DNA of 62,764 nt from Negaprion brevirostris. Taxonomy: Eukaryota. A model generated the notes under the pieces. It worked only from the letters and a program-made list of their open reading frames with translations. It searched no databases and was not told the origin of the DNA. The position numbers and the translations under genes were made by a program. The DNA lies in NCBI GenBank assembly GCA_030324005.1, contig JARDVH010000031.1:35675575-35738338 (forward strand), read 5' to 3'. Of the stretch, positions 25,810 to 39,175 are shown piece after piece (position 1 is the stretch's first letter; every line of letters begins with the position of its first letter).

Positions 25810-27162
25810 CAGCAAAGGGATACATTAAGTGAGAAGTCAAAAATTGGCAGTGGCAGTAGGAAAATGTGAGGTTATCTCCTTTTCTATGAAGAGAAGAACT
25901 GGAAAGTTTTTAAATAAAGAGACTGCAGGCTACTGAGAGAGAGACTACAACTGTGGTACAGAGGGACCTGGACATCCTCGCACACAAAGCACAAAAATTT
26001 AACATGCAGTTACAGGAAATAATTAGGAAGATAAAATGGAACTTGTCTTTATTAGAACAGGGATGGAATCTAAAGGTAGCAAAATCTTGTTACATCTATA
26101 CAGAGTGATGGTGAGACCATTCCTACAGTACTGCATGCAGTTATTTAAGGAGGCTATACTTGCATTGGACAGTTTGTGGAAAGTTCACCAGACTGATTTT
26201 TGGGATGAAGGGGTGTCTTATGAGGAAAGGTTGAATCTATGCTCACCAGAGTTCAGAGAATGAGAAATTACCTTGTTGAATAATTCATGATTCTGAGGGG
26301 AATTTGTCGGGTGAGACGTGAAGAAATTGTTTTCCCTTTGGGGAATCTAGACCTAGGGAGCATGGTTTCAGAATAAGGTATTTTCCAACCAGCAAGATCT
26401 GTGATTTCCAGAGTTTCATCAAAATTTGAGCCCCCGTCACCATTTCCGCAGACAAGCATGGGTTCAAGATCACACCCTCCCCCCCATAGTTTGTGTTCAG
26501 AATCTTTTGAAAGTGAAGTTTAAAAGATCTCACCATGCTTCTTTCTTGCCTCTGCCCACTCACTCAGTAGGCAACTGAACCAATGAGCCATACATAAGTA
26601 ATGCAAGTGTTAAAATGCTTGTGAAGGTAAAGTCACGTGTTTGCATTTAAAAAGAAATGGCTGCTCTTATAACCTTACAAATGTTTCAGTCAGATAGAGC
26701 CATTCATTGTTTCAACAACAGAAAATTTACCTCACTTCACACCTCTCAATTTTGTACAATTAACATGAAGACATTGAAAAATAATCAAAGAAAGAATGAC
26801 TTATTCTAACCTCACAATGATGTCAATAAATCAAACCTAACCCTCCATATAAAGAGGCCGCCTGGAGAAACAGATGTCTGGCCATCTGTTTCTTTGATAG
26901 AGTTCCCAGGAATGTTAAGGGGCATGGGGGCTTGGGGGTGGCATGGATGTCATGATGAGTTGGTGGCTAGTGAGGGGGTGCGAGTGCCAAGGGCTACAGG
27001 ACATACAAACTCATAGTACAACTGGGATGAAGTCCCACAGAACTCAGGTGTCTTGTCACAGAGATTTTGAGGAAAGTGGAGTTGAGGACATGATCAGTTT
27101 TTATTAAATGTTGAACCAGACTTGAGGAGAGAATGGCCTGTTTCATTTCTTATGTTCCTATG
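25810..27162 (+). mobile_element. decayed CR1 split by a ~670 bp insertion (26385-27060)
   Basis: KCEVISF, GMESKGSKILLHLYRVMVRPFLQYCMQ; tail GAATGGCCTGTTTC..TTCTTATGTTCCTATG at ~27130-27162. Confidence 0.7.
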
Positions 27163-28107
27163 AATTAAATAAATCCATCATGTGGAATTAGGAAATGGCA
27201 AATATGTTGTATGAATTTTTCATATCAGTTTCTATGACTAAAAACTTAAAAAGAATTGAGCCTCATCAGATTTACTACAGTATTTAAGACGTGCACAGGC
27301 CTGTGAAATATGTATTTGGAAGGAAATCAAAGCAGTAAAGAGATTTCCTGCCTCATGATCAGTACACCAATTTTTCAACAGGTGGAAAGTATCGACTTAC
27401 ACTATTTTAGATATAATAATGCTCATTTACAAATGTTGACTTAGCTTTCATGTGGTTTTATGTTTGTAGACTAAAATACATTTGTTTAGAAATCTACAAG
27501 GAGATACATCCAATTATTTTAGCTATGCAGTAAATTCTGATGTGTTCCGTGGCACACACTACTTGTAAATCACACTAATAGACAGGCTTAAATCAATATT
27601 TGTGGACTATAATAAGGAAATTGGAGTCTTCTAAAAATATTTTTCACTGAGGTTAAAATCAATGTACAAGTTATCAATATATGGCGAGGAATTAAGTCAT
27701 TAATACAGATTTAAGTTAATTCAATCTATATTAGTACATGGCCAATGGTTGCATCATTTTGAATGGACATGTTGACCCCAAAATTCCTGGGTTGGGAGAG
27801 GACATAAATCCAACTATTTGAAGAGAATTCAGGATATGAATTGGAACCTGGCTCCACAGGATTCTGTGCAGATTAGCTGTTGCCCTGCACCATTCTAGAA
27901 AGGCAGATCAGGAAGTTGGGAACTGCTGATGGGGTCTTTCAGATCATATTGACCTGCTCAGCATTTTGGAATGAGATTTCCAACCTTGAGCTAAGAAGGG
28001 TGGGGGTTCCACTCTGCCACACTTAGCTGGTAGAGCAGGAACTCTGGAAATTCTGGGCCATCAGATTCTGGATGCAATTGCAATATCTCTGTGGCTGACA
28101 TATTTTT

Positions 28108-28237
28108 TCGGTTTCGTTAAGGGGAAGTCGTGTTTGACAAATTTATTGGAGCTCTATGAGAGTGTGTCTAGGGCGGTGGATAGAGGAGAGTCGGTGGATG
28201 TGGTCTTTCTTGATTTTCAGAAGGCGTTTGACAAGGT
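28108..28237 (+). mobile_element. young CR1 reverse-transcriptase fragment
   Basis: GFVKGKSCLTNLLELYESVSRAVDRGESVDVVFLDFQKAFDKV; open frame, CpG-rich, runs into a gap. Confidence 0.9.
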
Positions 28238-28736
28238 ANNNNNNNNNNNNNNNNNNNNNNNNNNNNNNNNNNNNNNNNNNNNNNNNNNNNNNNNNNNNNN
28301 NNNNNNNNNNNNNNNNNNNNNNNNNNNNNNNNNNNNNNNNNNNNNNNNNNNNNNNNNNNNNNNNNNNNNNNNNNNNNNNNNNNNNNNNNNNNNNNNNNNN
28401 NNNNNNNNNNNNNNNNNNNNNNNNNNNNNNNNNNNNNNNNNNNNNNNNNNNNNNNNNNNNNNNNNNNNNNNNNNNNNNNNNNNNNNNNNNNNNNNNNNNN
28501 NNNNNNNNNNNNNNNNNNNNNNNNNNNNNNNNNNNNNNNNNNNNNNNNNNNNNNNNNNNNNNNNNNNNNNNNNNNNNNNNNNNNNNNNNNNNNNNNNNNN
28601 NNNNNNNNNNNNNNNNNNNNNNNNNNNNNNNNNNNNNNNNNNNNNNNNNNNNNNNNNNNNNNNNNNNNNNNNNNNNNNNNNNNNNNAAATCTTTTCACTG
28701 TATGCTAATACGTGCGACAATAAATCAAATCAAAAA

Positions 28737-29483
28737 TGGCAAATGAGATTTATGACAAAGAAATGCAGGTAATTCATTTTGCTAGGAAGAATGACGGACA
28801 ATAAAAATAAAGGATACAATTCTAAAGGGAGCGGAGGGACCTGTGTGAGGGTTATTTGCTTAAAACATTGAAGGTGATAGGGCAGGGTAAGAAAATGGCT
28901 AATGAATATCTGGGGTCCTGAGCTTTATAATTAGGGATATACAGTGCAAAATCAAAGACATTATGATAACATTTTGATTCAATCTCAACTGAAATGCAGT
29001 GTCAAGTTTTGGGCACCACACTTTGGGAAGGCTTTAGCGAGGGTACAGAAAATACTAGAGATTAGGTACTTCAGTTCCCCAGATAGCTGGGACTCTTCCT
29101 TCAGAGGTGAGAAGATTAAGAGGAGATCTGATAGAGGTGTTCAAAATCATGAAGTGTCCAGATAGGGAGAAATTATTCCTGTCGGCAGAAGGATCAAGAA
29201 CTAAAGGGCACCGATTTAAGATGATTGGCCAAAGAATTGCCATGAGGAAAAACTTATTCACGCAACAAATGATATGGATCTGAAACATACTGCCTGAGTG
29301 TGTGCTGGAGACAGATTTAATTGAGGAGTTCAAAAGAGAATTGGATAATTATCTGAAAAGTGAAAAATTACAGGGCTCTAGGGAATAGATGGTGGATTGG
29401 GACTAGGTGAGTTGCTAGACAGCTGGCACAGACATGACAAGTCAAATGGCCTCCTCTCTTCTGTAACCATTCTATGATTCTAT
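28737..29483 (+). mobile_element. old CR1 3' fragment
   Basis: WQMRF..KCR, VKFWAPHF, RLRGDLIEVFKIM, tail AAATGGCCTCCT..CATTCTATGATTCTAT. Confidence 0.85.
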
Positions 29484-30061
29484 TTACAATATTTATATAC
29501 TGGGCTGAGAAAACTGAAATTATAATGGAAAAAGTGCAGTATAAAACATGAATACACAGCCTTCACTACAATGAGCAGAAACTATTATATGTAATTAAAA
29601 TATCAACTTGCCTATTAGTGTTTATGTTTAAATATTAGTGCAGTAATCTTCACTACAAACTAAGTAGATACATAATACATTGTTGCATTAGTAATCAATT
29701 TAGCCTAAACATGTTTGGCAATTTGAAAGCACTGCTGTAGAGATGAGAAACACAGAATATCTTTTGGAGTTTAAAAACATTTAAGGAATAGAACTTTATT
29801 ATTTTGAGTTAATAACCTCCTAATAACAAAATGCTTTCAGCAGTTGATTTAATAAACATTTTTGAGCAGTATTGTTAAATTATTTGTGCAGTGTTATCTA
29901 GGCATTGTAAAAACTTTATATCTAACAGATTGTGGCTTTGATGAAGCTGGAATAGATGGAATCGTTTGGTAATTATGTGCAAGTATGCTATAAGGCTCTA
30001 AAATTCTTTTATCTCAAATTGTGGGTTTAGTGGTTGATGTGAGTATGAGATTAATCTTTGG

Positions 30062-30400
30062 GGCAACAACTGCAAACCACGTAGCATCTTTAATGTGAAC
30101 TCCAAGTGCTTCAGCACAACATCATCAAATAGAATTTGACAGTGTCACATCAGCAGATGTTAAGACCAGTGTCCAGAAACTGGGGAAAGAGGTAGGTTTA
30201 AGGACTACCTTAAAAGAGGACAGTGAGGTAGAAGGCAGGGTAGGTTAGGAATTTCAGAGCTCTAAATAGAGGCAGGAATTGGTATAGCGATTAAAATTGC
30301 AGATGCACAAGAGAATGGGATTGGAGGAGTGTAGAGATCTTCATTTGGAGTGCACTAGATTTGAATGTAGAGAGGACTGGAACAATGGAGGGATTAGTGA
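30062..30400 (-). mobile_element. L2 LINE 3' fragment
   Basis: Colinear with 45108-45470. Confidence 0.6.
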
Positions 30401-30974
30401 CAGTGTCACATAAGTACATATAAATAGCCCTCACAAGCTTTGATTAAAATAAATTTACTGCCTCTTAGTCATCATTTTAGGCTGCCTGTCAAAGTGTACA
30501 ACTTAAGCTGCTAAGTGACAAAGCCTTTGATGAGTTGTCTTATTCATGAATGTATAATGAACTGGTTTGGCTGGCAAGAGCCACATGTGGGGCTTTGGAT
30601 TGATCCTGCAGTATAAAAGTTTGGAACTGTAATCACTTTCTCTGACACAGTCAGAGTGGCCCAGAACTTATTTACAAACCTATGGTTGTATGATAGGAAC
30701 ATAGCATTGTGATACACAGCTANNNNNNNNNNNNNNNNNNNNNNNNNNNNNNNNNNNNNNNNNNNNNNNNNNNNNNNNNNNNNNNNNNNNNNNNNNNNNN
30801 NNNNNNNNNNNNNNNNNNNNNNNNNNNNNNNNNNNNNNNNNNNNNNNNNNNNNNNNNNNNNNNNNNNNNNNNNNNNNNNNNNNNNNNNNNNNNNNNNNNN
30901 NNNNNNNNNNNNNNNNNNNNNNNNNNNNNNNNNNNNNNNNNNNNNNNNNNNNNNNNNNNNNNNNNNNNNNNNNN

Positions 30975-31345
30975 TCTCAGAGTAAGGAGGTTTTTCCTCA
31001 TCTCGCTCCTAGCTCTCTGCTGACCATCTTGAAATTGGGACCCCTACTCACTGATGTAACATAACAGTGAAGCAGAATATTCTCATTTACTCTGTCACAA
31101 TCATTATTACTTTCAAACACCTCAATAAGGTCACTTCTTAATCTTCTTTGCTCCAAGGAGAATAAGCCCAATTTATCTAATTTTTCCTTGTATGTAAACT
31201 TCCTCATTCATGGTATTATTCTGGTAAATCTCCTTTGAACTCTCTCTGGAGTCCCTCTAGGGCTTTAACATCCTTCCTTAAATTAAGTGCCCAGAACTGA
31301 ACAAACACTCTAAATGCGGTCTGACTAATGGTTTGTAGAGGTGTA
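30975..31345 (-). mobile_element. CR1 fragment
   Basis: VQFWALNLRKDVKALE; YKEKLDKLGLFSLEQRRLRSDLIEVF. Confidence 0.85.
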
Positions 31346-31371
31346 ACTTCACTTTGTTTGCAGATGCAGGA

Positions 31372-31472
31372 TGAATGTGTAAACTCCATACAGACAGCCA
31401 CACAAAGCAGGAATGAAACCCAGGTTCCTGGTGCTGTGAGACAACAGTGCTAAACACTGTGTCACCATGCTA
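31372..31472 (-). mobile_element. tRNA-SINE head fragment
   Basis: Minus strand AGCATGGTGACACAGTGTTTAGCACTGTTGTCTCACAGCACCAGG. Confidence 0.75.
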
Positions 31473-32937
31473 CTCGACGGGATATGCAACAGGAGGATGG
31501 TTGGACTCTCTGCTGCAGCTTGCTTAATATGGTTTTGCTACATCTTCCTGCTGTTTCTTTTCCTCTTCTTCCAAAATGTATACAATATAATATTATATTC
31601 TAGTGGAAGCCCATTTTATAATCTTCGGTTTCTTACTCTGCAATTTCCCCACAGAATTGAAATATCTGGGTTAGGCTTACAGAATAACATGGCACAAAAT
31701 TTACAGATACCAAACATTGGCCAAACGTCTAGAAAGGCAACCAAGCATTCAGCAGGTCATTTGAACAGACTGTCATGCTTTGATGTGAATTCTGGTAACT
31801 ATATCCCTTGTACAGTTTTACACAATAAGAAGAATGGATGGGAGGATGAAGTCTTAGAATGCTGGACACTTTATACCATTCTATGTTTAACGTTTATCTT
31901 CCGCTGAGTGTGTTGGTAATTTGTCGACTCCTTCCCTTCAGGACCTGCTGGAATTTAGTGTACTCAATTATAAGGCAAAAATCTTGCAAATCTAAGGCCC
32001 ACCTCATCTTTTATCTCGATGCAAGCATCAATGCTAATGTTCGTCCTTCCTCAATTAAGGAATTTCAGAGACTAAGGGCTATATTATCATCACCGAAGTG
32101 GGAGTCTTGCATTTATAAATTTCCGAATGTAGCAGACCCATCTTTTTTAAAAGGGCACTTGTGAATTGTATCACAGAAACAGGTGGCTAGGCATCTGTTT
32201 CTTCTGATTGCTTTCTTCTGAATGCTTGGCTGAGTTCCAAGGCTCAATTAATTCAGCAGGGAGTCTGTTTTCACAGACTAAAGTGGAATGTTTGTTTTGG
32301 TGGAGGGAACGGAAGAGGGTCATGGATGATGCAGTCGGGTTATGCAATGGGTATCGGGCACATGGGGGCATGCCTAATTCCTTNNNNNNNNNNNNNNNNN
32401 NNNNNNNNNNNNNNNNNNNNNNNNNNNNNNNNNNNNNNNNNNNNNNNNNNNNNNNNNNNNNNNNNNNNNNNNNNNNNNNNNNNNNNNNNNNNNNNNNNNN
32501 NNNNNNNNNNNNNNNNNNNNNNNCAACCTCGTTGGGAGCAGAGTATGTAGGCTGACTACCTGCACCCTTACCTTGTGTCAGCAGAAATTGCCAGTGCTGG
32601 GAGTAGGAGTTCCAGAATGCCTGACTGACATTTTTAAAGCCACCAGAGTCAGACCGACTCTCTGAAAATCTAGGCCCGAGCCTGCCACAGACAGTGTCTT
32701 GGTACCAGTTTCCAATAACCTGTCATACTGAAGCTAACCTAACCTCAAATAATCCTTATACTTTCTTACATGAGGGGAAGTTGTAACTCATCAGATCAAA
32801 TTATTTTCAGCCACTCAACTGACAGTTTTTCCTTGTATGCTATTTTTGTAATGAATGTTGCATTCTTTCCAGTGAAGAAGCTGGATAGTAAGTAAAAATT
32901 CAGATATTTCATTTGTTTTTACATTAGCATTAACACA

Positions 32938-33083
32938 ATGTGCAGGTTAGGTGGAATAGCCATAGCAAATTGCCCCTTAGTGTCAGGGGAACCAGCAGGG
33001 TAAATACATGTGGTAATGGGATTGAGCCTGGGTGGTTGTTGTTGGTACAGGCTTCTGTACTATAGAGATGCTATGATTCCATG
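32938..33083 (+). mobile_element. HE1-type SINE 3' fragment
   Basis: ATGTGCAGGTTAGGTGGA..AAATTGCCCCTTAGTGTC. Confidence 0.75.
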
Positions 33084-33949
33084 AGCATTAATCTAACAAT
33101 TTGTTCATTTCCTCATAAACACCAGAAGTATGGAGTAAATCATATGTGTCATGACTGATTGAAATAAAATATGTTAAATTATATGATGTCCTTGATTCTT
33201 CAGGCATATCATCTGAGCACTGCAGCACGAATCACATAGACTGTTTCATTAGAAAAAAATCACAGAACTTTGCCGTTGCCTAGTCATTTATTCCATTCAG
33301 GGGATTCACTCAATTAAGTGGAGTATAAATTGGGGTAGATTGTTCATGGTCTATTGGAATGAATGGGGTTGGTAATGAAAAATGGTTTCTCTCAATCCGT
33401 ACTTTGTAATGTCTTTCATAACTTGAGCTAGCTTTTTGCTAGTACTTCGTAAGCTTTGAGAATTCATCCAAGGTTATAAAATACAGTTGAATGGGTTGTA
33501 ACTGCAATTCACATTAATTGTTGGTGAAGTTACAGACCTGTTAAACATTTTTTTCCTGCAAACTCCTTAAATTCTTTAAACCATCAAGTCTGAAGCCACA
33601 AAGTAATATTTGCCAGTAGCACAAATCATAATGTTTAACCTTCAACCAATATGTTCTATTATGTCACAAATTGAATCTAACTGAATGGATCACAAATTAA
33701 CACCCGTTTTAAAAGATGTATTAATAACGGTGCTAGAAACCAACTGTAAATGGCAGGTAAAGGGCCAATAAAGATGCATACATGGAGCACTGTAAAAATT
33801 CTTGGAAAGTAAAATTATAAAGGAGTCAGGTTATTGTGTTAATTTTGCAACATCTTTTCAGAAGCTTGTATTAGAATGTTTACCAGTATTTATGATTCTA
33901 ACCCTTTCTCATTTAGACTAGTAAGGCTGCATAATTAAGGTGAAGTGAT

Positions 33950-35520
33950 TTTTTTTCTGACAAATCCAGGTATAGTATGTAAGATACAAGATATAGTTTG
34001 CAAATTTCACCTCCAGGAAATCATTTTGCTGGGACATGCTGTGCCATCAGCTGAGTGTTTTTGGGGGTGTTATGGTGAGTGTTGCTGCATCCCTACAGGG
34101 ATGTCAGAGGTTAGGGTACCCATAGGCATGGGGGCAGCTGTGATAATGTCTTTGAGCCTGCAGGATGACAGGGAGGTAGATCATAAGTTGCAGAGAGGGC
34201 AGACTCTGCACAATGCCCTCTGCTAACTTGAAGCTTGACTCCGCTATGCCCCTTGGTAGCGACAAGGGGCTGTCGCTGTCAGATTTTCTCTGTAAACTAC
34301 TCTTCTTTATGTTCTTAAAAAAATTTAATTCCATCCAAAAATTCAAATTCAATTCAATTCATAGTCCCCATGAGAGGAACAAACAAGATCAAAGCCGACA
34401 AGCGAAGGCATTGCACCCCATCCTGGACTTGATCTGATGCTTCATTTTAGCCAAAAGGCCGAGATGGTTTTGAAAAATTGCATCAGGTGATACCTCGGTT
34501 GAGCCCCATTAGCTACTGTGATCATTGACTCGACTCTAGCCTGCTTGATCATGGTTTCACTCTTGCCAGGTGTCCTGGACAAGCCATATGTGTAATTATG
34601 GTTTCACCCTGTTGAGGTCTTCCTCCTTCAGCTGAACTCATCAATGACTTTGCCATCCAGTGTGTTGGCAAATGACCCGCCCTTTACCTTGGACCCGACT
34701 ACTGCCTACTCTTCCAGAAATGACTCATGTTCTTCCTCCCAGATACGTGAAGTGCCATTTTCTTAGCTGGTGACTAAGAGTATTGTGAGGCAGAGCCTCA
34801 TCCTTAGTGCTGTGCTGTTGCTGTCTCTCTCTCTTTCTCCTGGGTGTGATATAGCTGGGTAGGTGTCAATTTGTGAGTGTCTGAAAACAAGAAACCAGGA
34901 AGGGGAGGTTGCGGCAAAAGGGATGGGGGTGATTTGGGAAGCAAGAGCTTCATGGCCATAGCATCTGCAGCTGGAAGGCAGGGTGGAGGTGTGCTGGGAC
35001 TTGAAAAGGGGCAGAACGGAAGCATCTACGACCATCCTCAAAATTCCATCACAACTAGCAGAGAGCCATCTCTTTCATTAGGTTCAGGAAATGCCCTTTT
35101 GTTTCTGCTGTCCTCCCATCATTGTGTGCCAGATTGAAGCAAGCCTGTGACTGTAATGCTATGATTGGATGATGGGCTTGCCATTGCTGAATATTTAAAG
35201 GTGAGTTGAAACAGCAAGAGATGGGCATGAAGTCGGCCACGTTAGTAGGGGTGTGAAGATGAGATGAAACATCTGAACACCAAGCATGAGTCCTGAATTC
35301 CAGAGAAAGCAGCTGGGGGAGAGGTTGTGTTGTAATGGATAGGAGGATAAAGATGCATTCACTCTCCTTAACCAACTGTGTGAGGTCATTAGACTTCTTC
35401 TGACACTGCTACTAGGTCATCAGGAGACAGCCACTGGGAATTGACCTCCCTGAGAGTCTGTTCCTTAAAGATGTTAAAGCTGAACTAGCTGGTGGCAATC
35501 TGTTTAAATATAGTTGCAAT
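33950..35520 (-). mobile_element. Harbinger-associated Myb/SANT-like gene remnant
   Basis: Minus strand ~35420-35370 reads QCQKKSNDL; a second block near 35140-35050 reads LAHNDGRTAETKG..LMKEMAL; outer boundaries uncertain. Confidence 0.5.
34327..34465 (-). pseudogene. U2 snRNA-derived sequence (remodelled; possible SINEU-like element)
   Basis: Exact 18-mer TCTCGGCCTTTTGGCTAA (U2 5' region) at 34447-34464; further colinear blocks TCCTCTCATGGGGACTATGAATTGAAT and Sm-site-like AATTTTTGGA. Confidence 0.7.
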
Positions 35521-38500
35521 ACAACATTGCTGTGAGAATACTTGTGGTATCTTAATGTCCAGCACAGTTATTCAATTTGCCACTCTTAAAGTTATTCTAT
35601 ATTTAAAGATACTAGGCATATCCAAACATGTTTAGCAATATTTTGTTGTTCGGCAGAGCTGTATGGTATTAGAAATAGCTGCTGAGTTCTTGTATGATGA
35701 GGCTGCATTAGATTTTTGAGATGAGAAAGCAGCTTGTCATATGAGTGTAAAGGGCACTAGAAACCCACGGGAAAATACTTCTCATAACCTTTGCTTGATA
35801 TCTTTTAAGGCTGTTATAAAGAATTCAATTGCTTTGCTGCACATGGTTTAAATTGAACTTACATTAGTAAAATGATATCCATATTATAGTGTAGATTATA
35901 GCAGCTGGATTTTCCTTTTCTTGCCCCGACATGCTCAATTCCACCCACTGTCCAGATCCCAGTCTATTTTGTTGGTTTGGGATTGTTATCTGTTTATACA
36001 GGCTTCCAATAGGATTCCTGCCACCAAGTGGCCCCTCGGACCATTGAAGTGGTGATGTTGCACAATCAGAGCTATTTTTCATAGAAGTAAAGGTTCAATT
36101 TTAAATAAAATGAATGATAAGATTAAAAAAAAACACAGGTCTTGTAAGAAAGCTATTACTCCATTGACCATTGGAAGTGAGAACATAATTTTAGTTCTGT
36201 TTTGAAACTGCAAACGTTGCAAGTTCTCTACAGTAAAAGCCCTTCTACAAATTCNNNNNNNNNNNNAGCATAAATATATAACCTCACATACCCTGGCTTT
36301 TGCACAGTCACTTTAGTACCATCTGTTCAGTTTTAGGGTTTACTTTGAGCCTGCTTCCACTTTGCATTCTTGCAAAATCAAACAACGTAACACATCCTGA
36401 CTGTATAAATGTGTATGCTGTATGTGTCATGTAACTCTATGCAGAAACTGTATTTCAAGAAAATTTTCAATTCTATTATAAAGCAATATCACAATGCCCC
36501 CCCACTTCCACTCCTGTTGCAGTATAAATTAATCTGAATGCACAAGACAAGCTTTTGATTGTGAAGTAAACAAGGTATGAAGAACCAGTTCAAAGACCCC
36601 TATCTATAATGTATATTAATTTTACCATATTTATTTGTGGACAATTAATATCATTTTACATGTTAATATTATCATTTCAAGATCAGGACCTATGTTCAGC
36701 AGTTAAGATGCCGAAGATTGTTGCTACCACAACGTCAATGATGGAGAGTTCCAGGCATTCTCTCATTCATACAAGCTTTAATGCTTGAGAACTCATTAAG
36801 ATCTTGCAAGGCTGTCACTCTCCTGAGACCAGACCAGAAATTTGTTTGGAGAAATCATACATTTGACTGATTGGAATTTTAACTATTCACAAATGCTGCA
36901 TGGTGACAATGCCTTTGTTTTGTGCCAAGATAACTGTCAATAAAATGAGCATATTGTGATATTTAATCACCATTTTAAAATATGTCACCCTTTGACTCTC
37001 AGTCAATGAATTAGACAGAAGTACAAGATAAGGATGACCTTTGTCTCTCCTCTTTTCCCATCTGAAAATATATGGTGTAGATTTTTGCGATTGAAACTAC
37101 CCTTTTTTGGACAGAATAGAGGCAGCCTGTAAATAAAATGAGCCGTCTCCTGAAACTCAACCCAAGAGTATAGCAGAAAGAACTGAAAGGAAAAGTCTGA
37201 GGTAAACCGAGTTCCTGGAGTTGAATGTTGCAATAATTGAAATCTTTTTCATTCACTATTTATGCTCAATGCATTGCCTTTTGCTATGTGAATGCACTCA
37301 GCAAAATGGTACACATAAGGGTTCTGTGTTGGGGCTACGTTTGCTTACTATATACTTAGTGCCTGTGTTGGGGCTGTTCATATATCCCTTTTATATAAAG
37401 GGTCTGACCTGGGAATTAAAGGAACAGCATTGAAATTTATTAATANNNNNNNNNNNNNNNNNNNNNNNNNNNNNNNNNNNNNNNNNNNNNNNNNNNNNNN
37501 NNNNNNNNNNNNNNNNNNNNNNNNNNNNNNNNNNNNNNNNNNNNNCAACATTAGCAGTATGGAAAATTGTGACAAGAATGTGAAAGACTACAGGACAACA
37601 AAGGTAGATTTGTGTAAAGGACAAATACATGGTAGATACAGTTCAATGTGGAAAAATTTGAAGTCAGAAAAGGGGAAGTAAATACACGCTCAAGTAGTAA
37701 GATTTTAAATGGGGTTCAGTATGCGGCTTATAAAGTGTAAATAGACATCTTATTAAAGGTAGCAAAGCAAATAAATACAGCCCTGACCTGCTTTTAGGAT
37801 TGATCTTCACTCGTGCAAGTGGGGGAAACAAATAGTTGTGGATCAGTTACTCATTATATACCCTGGCCAAGTTGCCTTGACAGCAAACATTCAGAGGCAC
37901 CTATTAGGTTCACTTGAGTCAGGTGAGTGCTTAATATTTAAATTTAATTCCACCATCAAATTTTCATCAGGCGAAGGGAGTTAAAATCACCCCTTCAGTA
38001 TTGTTTGACCAGCTTAAAAGTTTACTCATTGGATTCTGATATTACCTTTGATACCTGCAAGCTGATTATTACTGCTTTATAAGTTTAATACATACTAGCA
38101 CTTCACAACTCTTAAATAATTATTTCACTTACAAAAGCAGAGCCACACTAAATTGAAATTGAGTATTTATTCAAGCTTGACAACCATTTAATAGAACAGA
38201 TGAGTACAGGAGATACACACATAAATATCTGATATTGCATGGAAATAAATATGGAGTTTGGTTCAGCTGGTCTCAAAATATATTGAAGTGAAAGTTGTAA
38301 GAAGGCAAATTCAATCTATTGCTTTCATACTTTGATAATGCTATGACATACGTGACATTATAGGCGAAAATGTAAAAAAAAGTTGCTTATCTAATCTAAA
38401 TTGTTCCAGTATATTACTTTTGAACTAAAGTTATCAAATACATTTGAAATAAACTGAGCAGGAATAGACTACAGTTACTGGAGAGTTACTCCAGTCACCG

Positions 38501-38574
38501 TAAATATAACAGACTTGTAAATTTAAACAGATTCAATATGTAACCTCAGGGTACTAGGAGCAAAAAAACATAAT

Positions 38575-38696
38575 GGCCAGAATTCCCCCATCCTGCCCGT
38601 TAAATCCAAATGGGCAGGGGGACCACGTAAATGTCCATTGAAATCGGGCAGGATTCTTCGGTTTTCAGGCAAGCTCAGCCGGAGAATCCCACCCAA
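38575..38696. mobile_element. ~120 bp MITE
   Basis: Ends GGCCAGAATTCCCC / GGAGAATCCCACCC; the right end is the reverse complement of the 18181 terminus. Confidence 0.55.
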
Positions 38697-39175
38697 CATG
38701 AAGAAAAATGGTTCATCGAGATGGTTACAAGAGGTGTCTGATATGTGTTGTGTTATGTACTCAGGATTAGAAATATGAGTGGGAATATTACTCCTCATTT
38801 TGCTGGATTCACCTGCATACGTCTGTTTTTCTCTCCCCTCACCCACTTCCTAAGAGAGGCAGAAATAATCAGACACACGTGGCCAATTCTGGAATCCTTT
38901 GCCAAAAATTCCCCAATCACTCTCACAGGATTTGCAATCAGGCAAATCCTCTGAAGGCCCTAAAAATGCTGATGATTATCTTCCTTCTACTGAGACTGAC
39001 ACAGAGATAGATTTTAGTTTGGGCACAAATCAGCACACCCAATTACATCTGATGAAAAATGCTTGAGGATCACTGGGAATTTACCCTTTGGTTTCATCAG
39101 TCCATATGATACACCTATTGACACTGGTCATATCTCCATAAACAGTGAAGATGTCAAAATGCTATATGGTGGACT

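Noticed and set aside
31467-31907. 146-aa ORF with a hydrophobic stretch
   Set aside because: Starts in a SINE head, hydrophobicity comes from T-rich sequence, no recognisable domain
36018-36035. CTCF-like motif CTGCCACCAAGTGGCCCC
   Set aside because: Mismatch at a core position and a single occurrence; unsupported without ChIP or conservation data
35863-36071. Minus-strand exon with GTAAGT donor (similar case near 49417)
   Set aside because: Weak acceptor and stops in all frames before the donor
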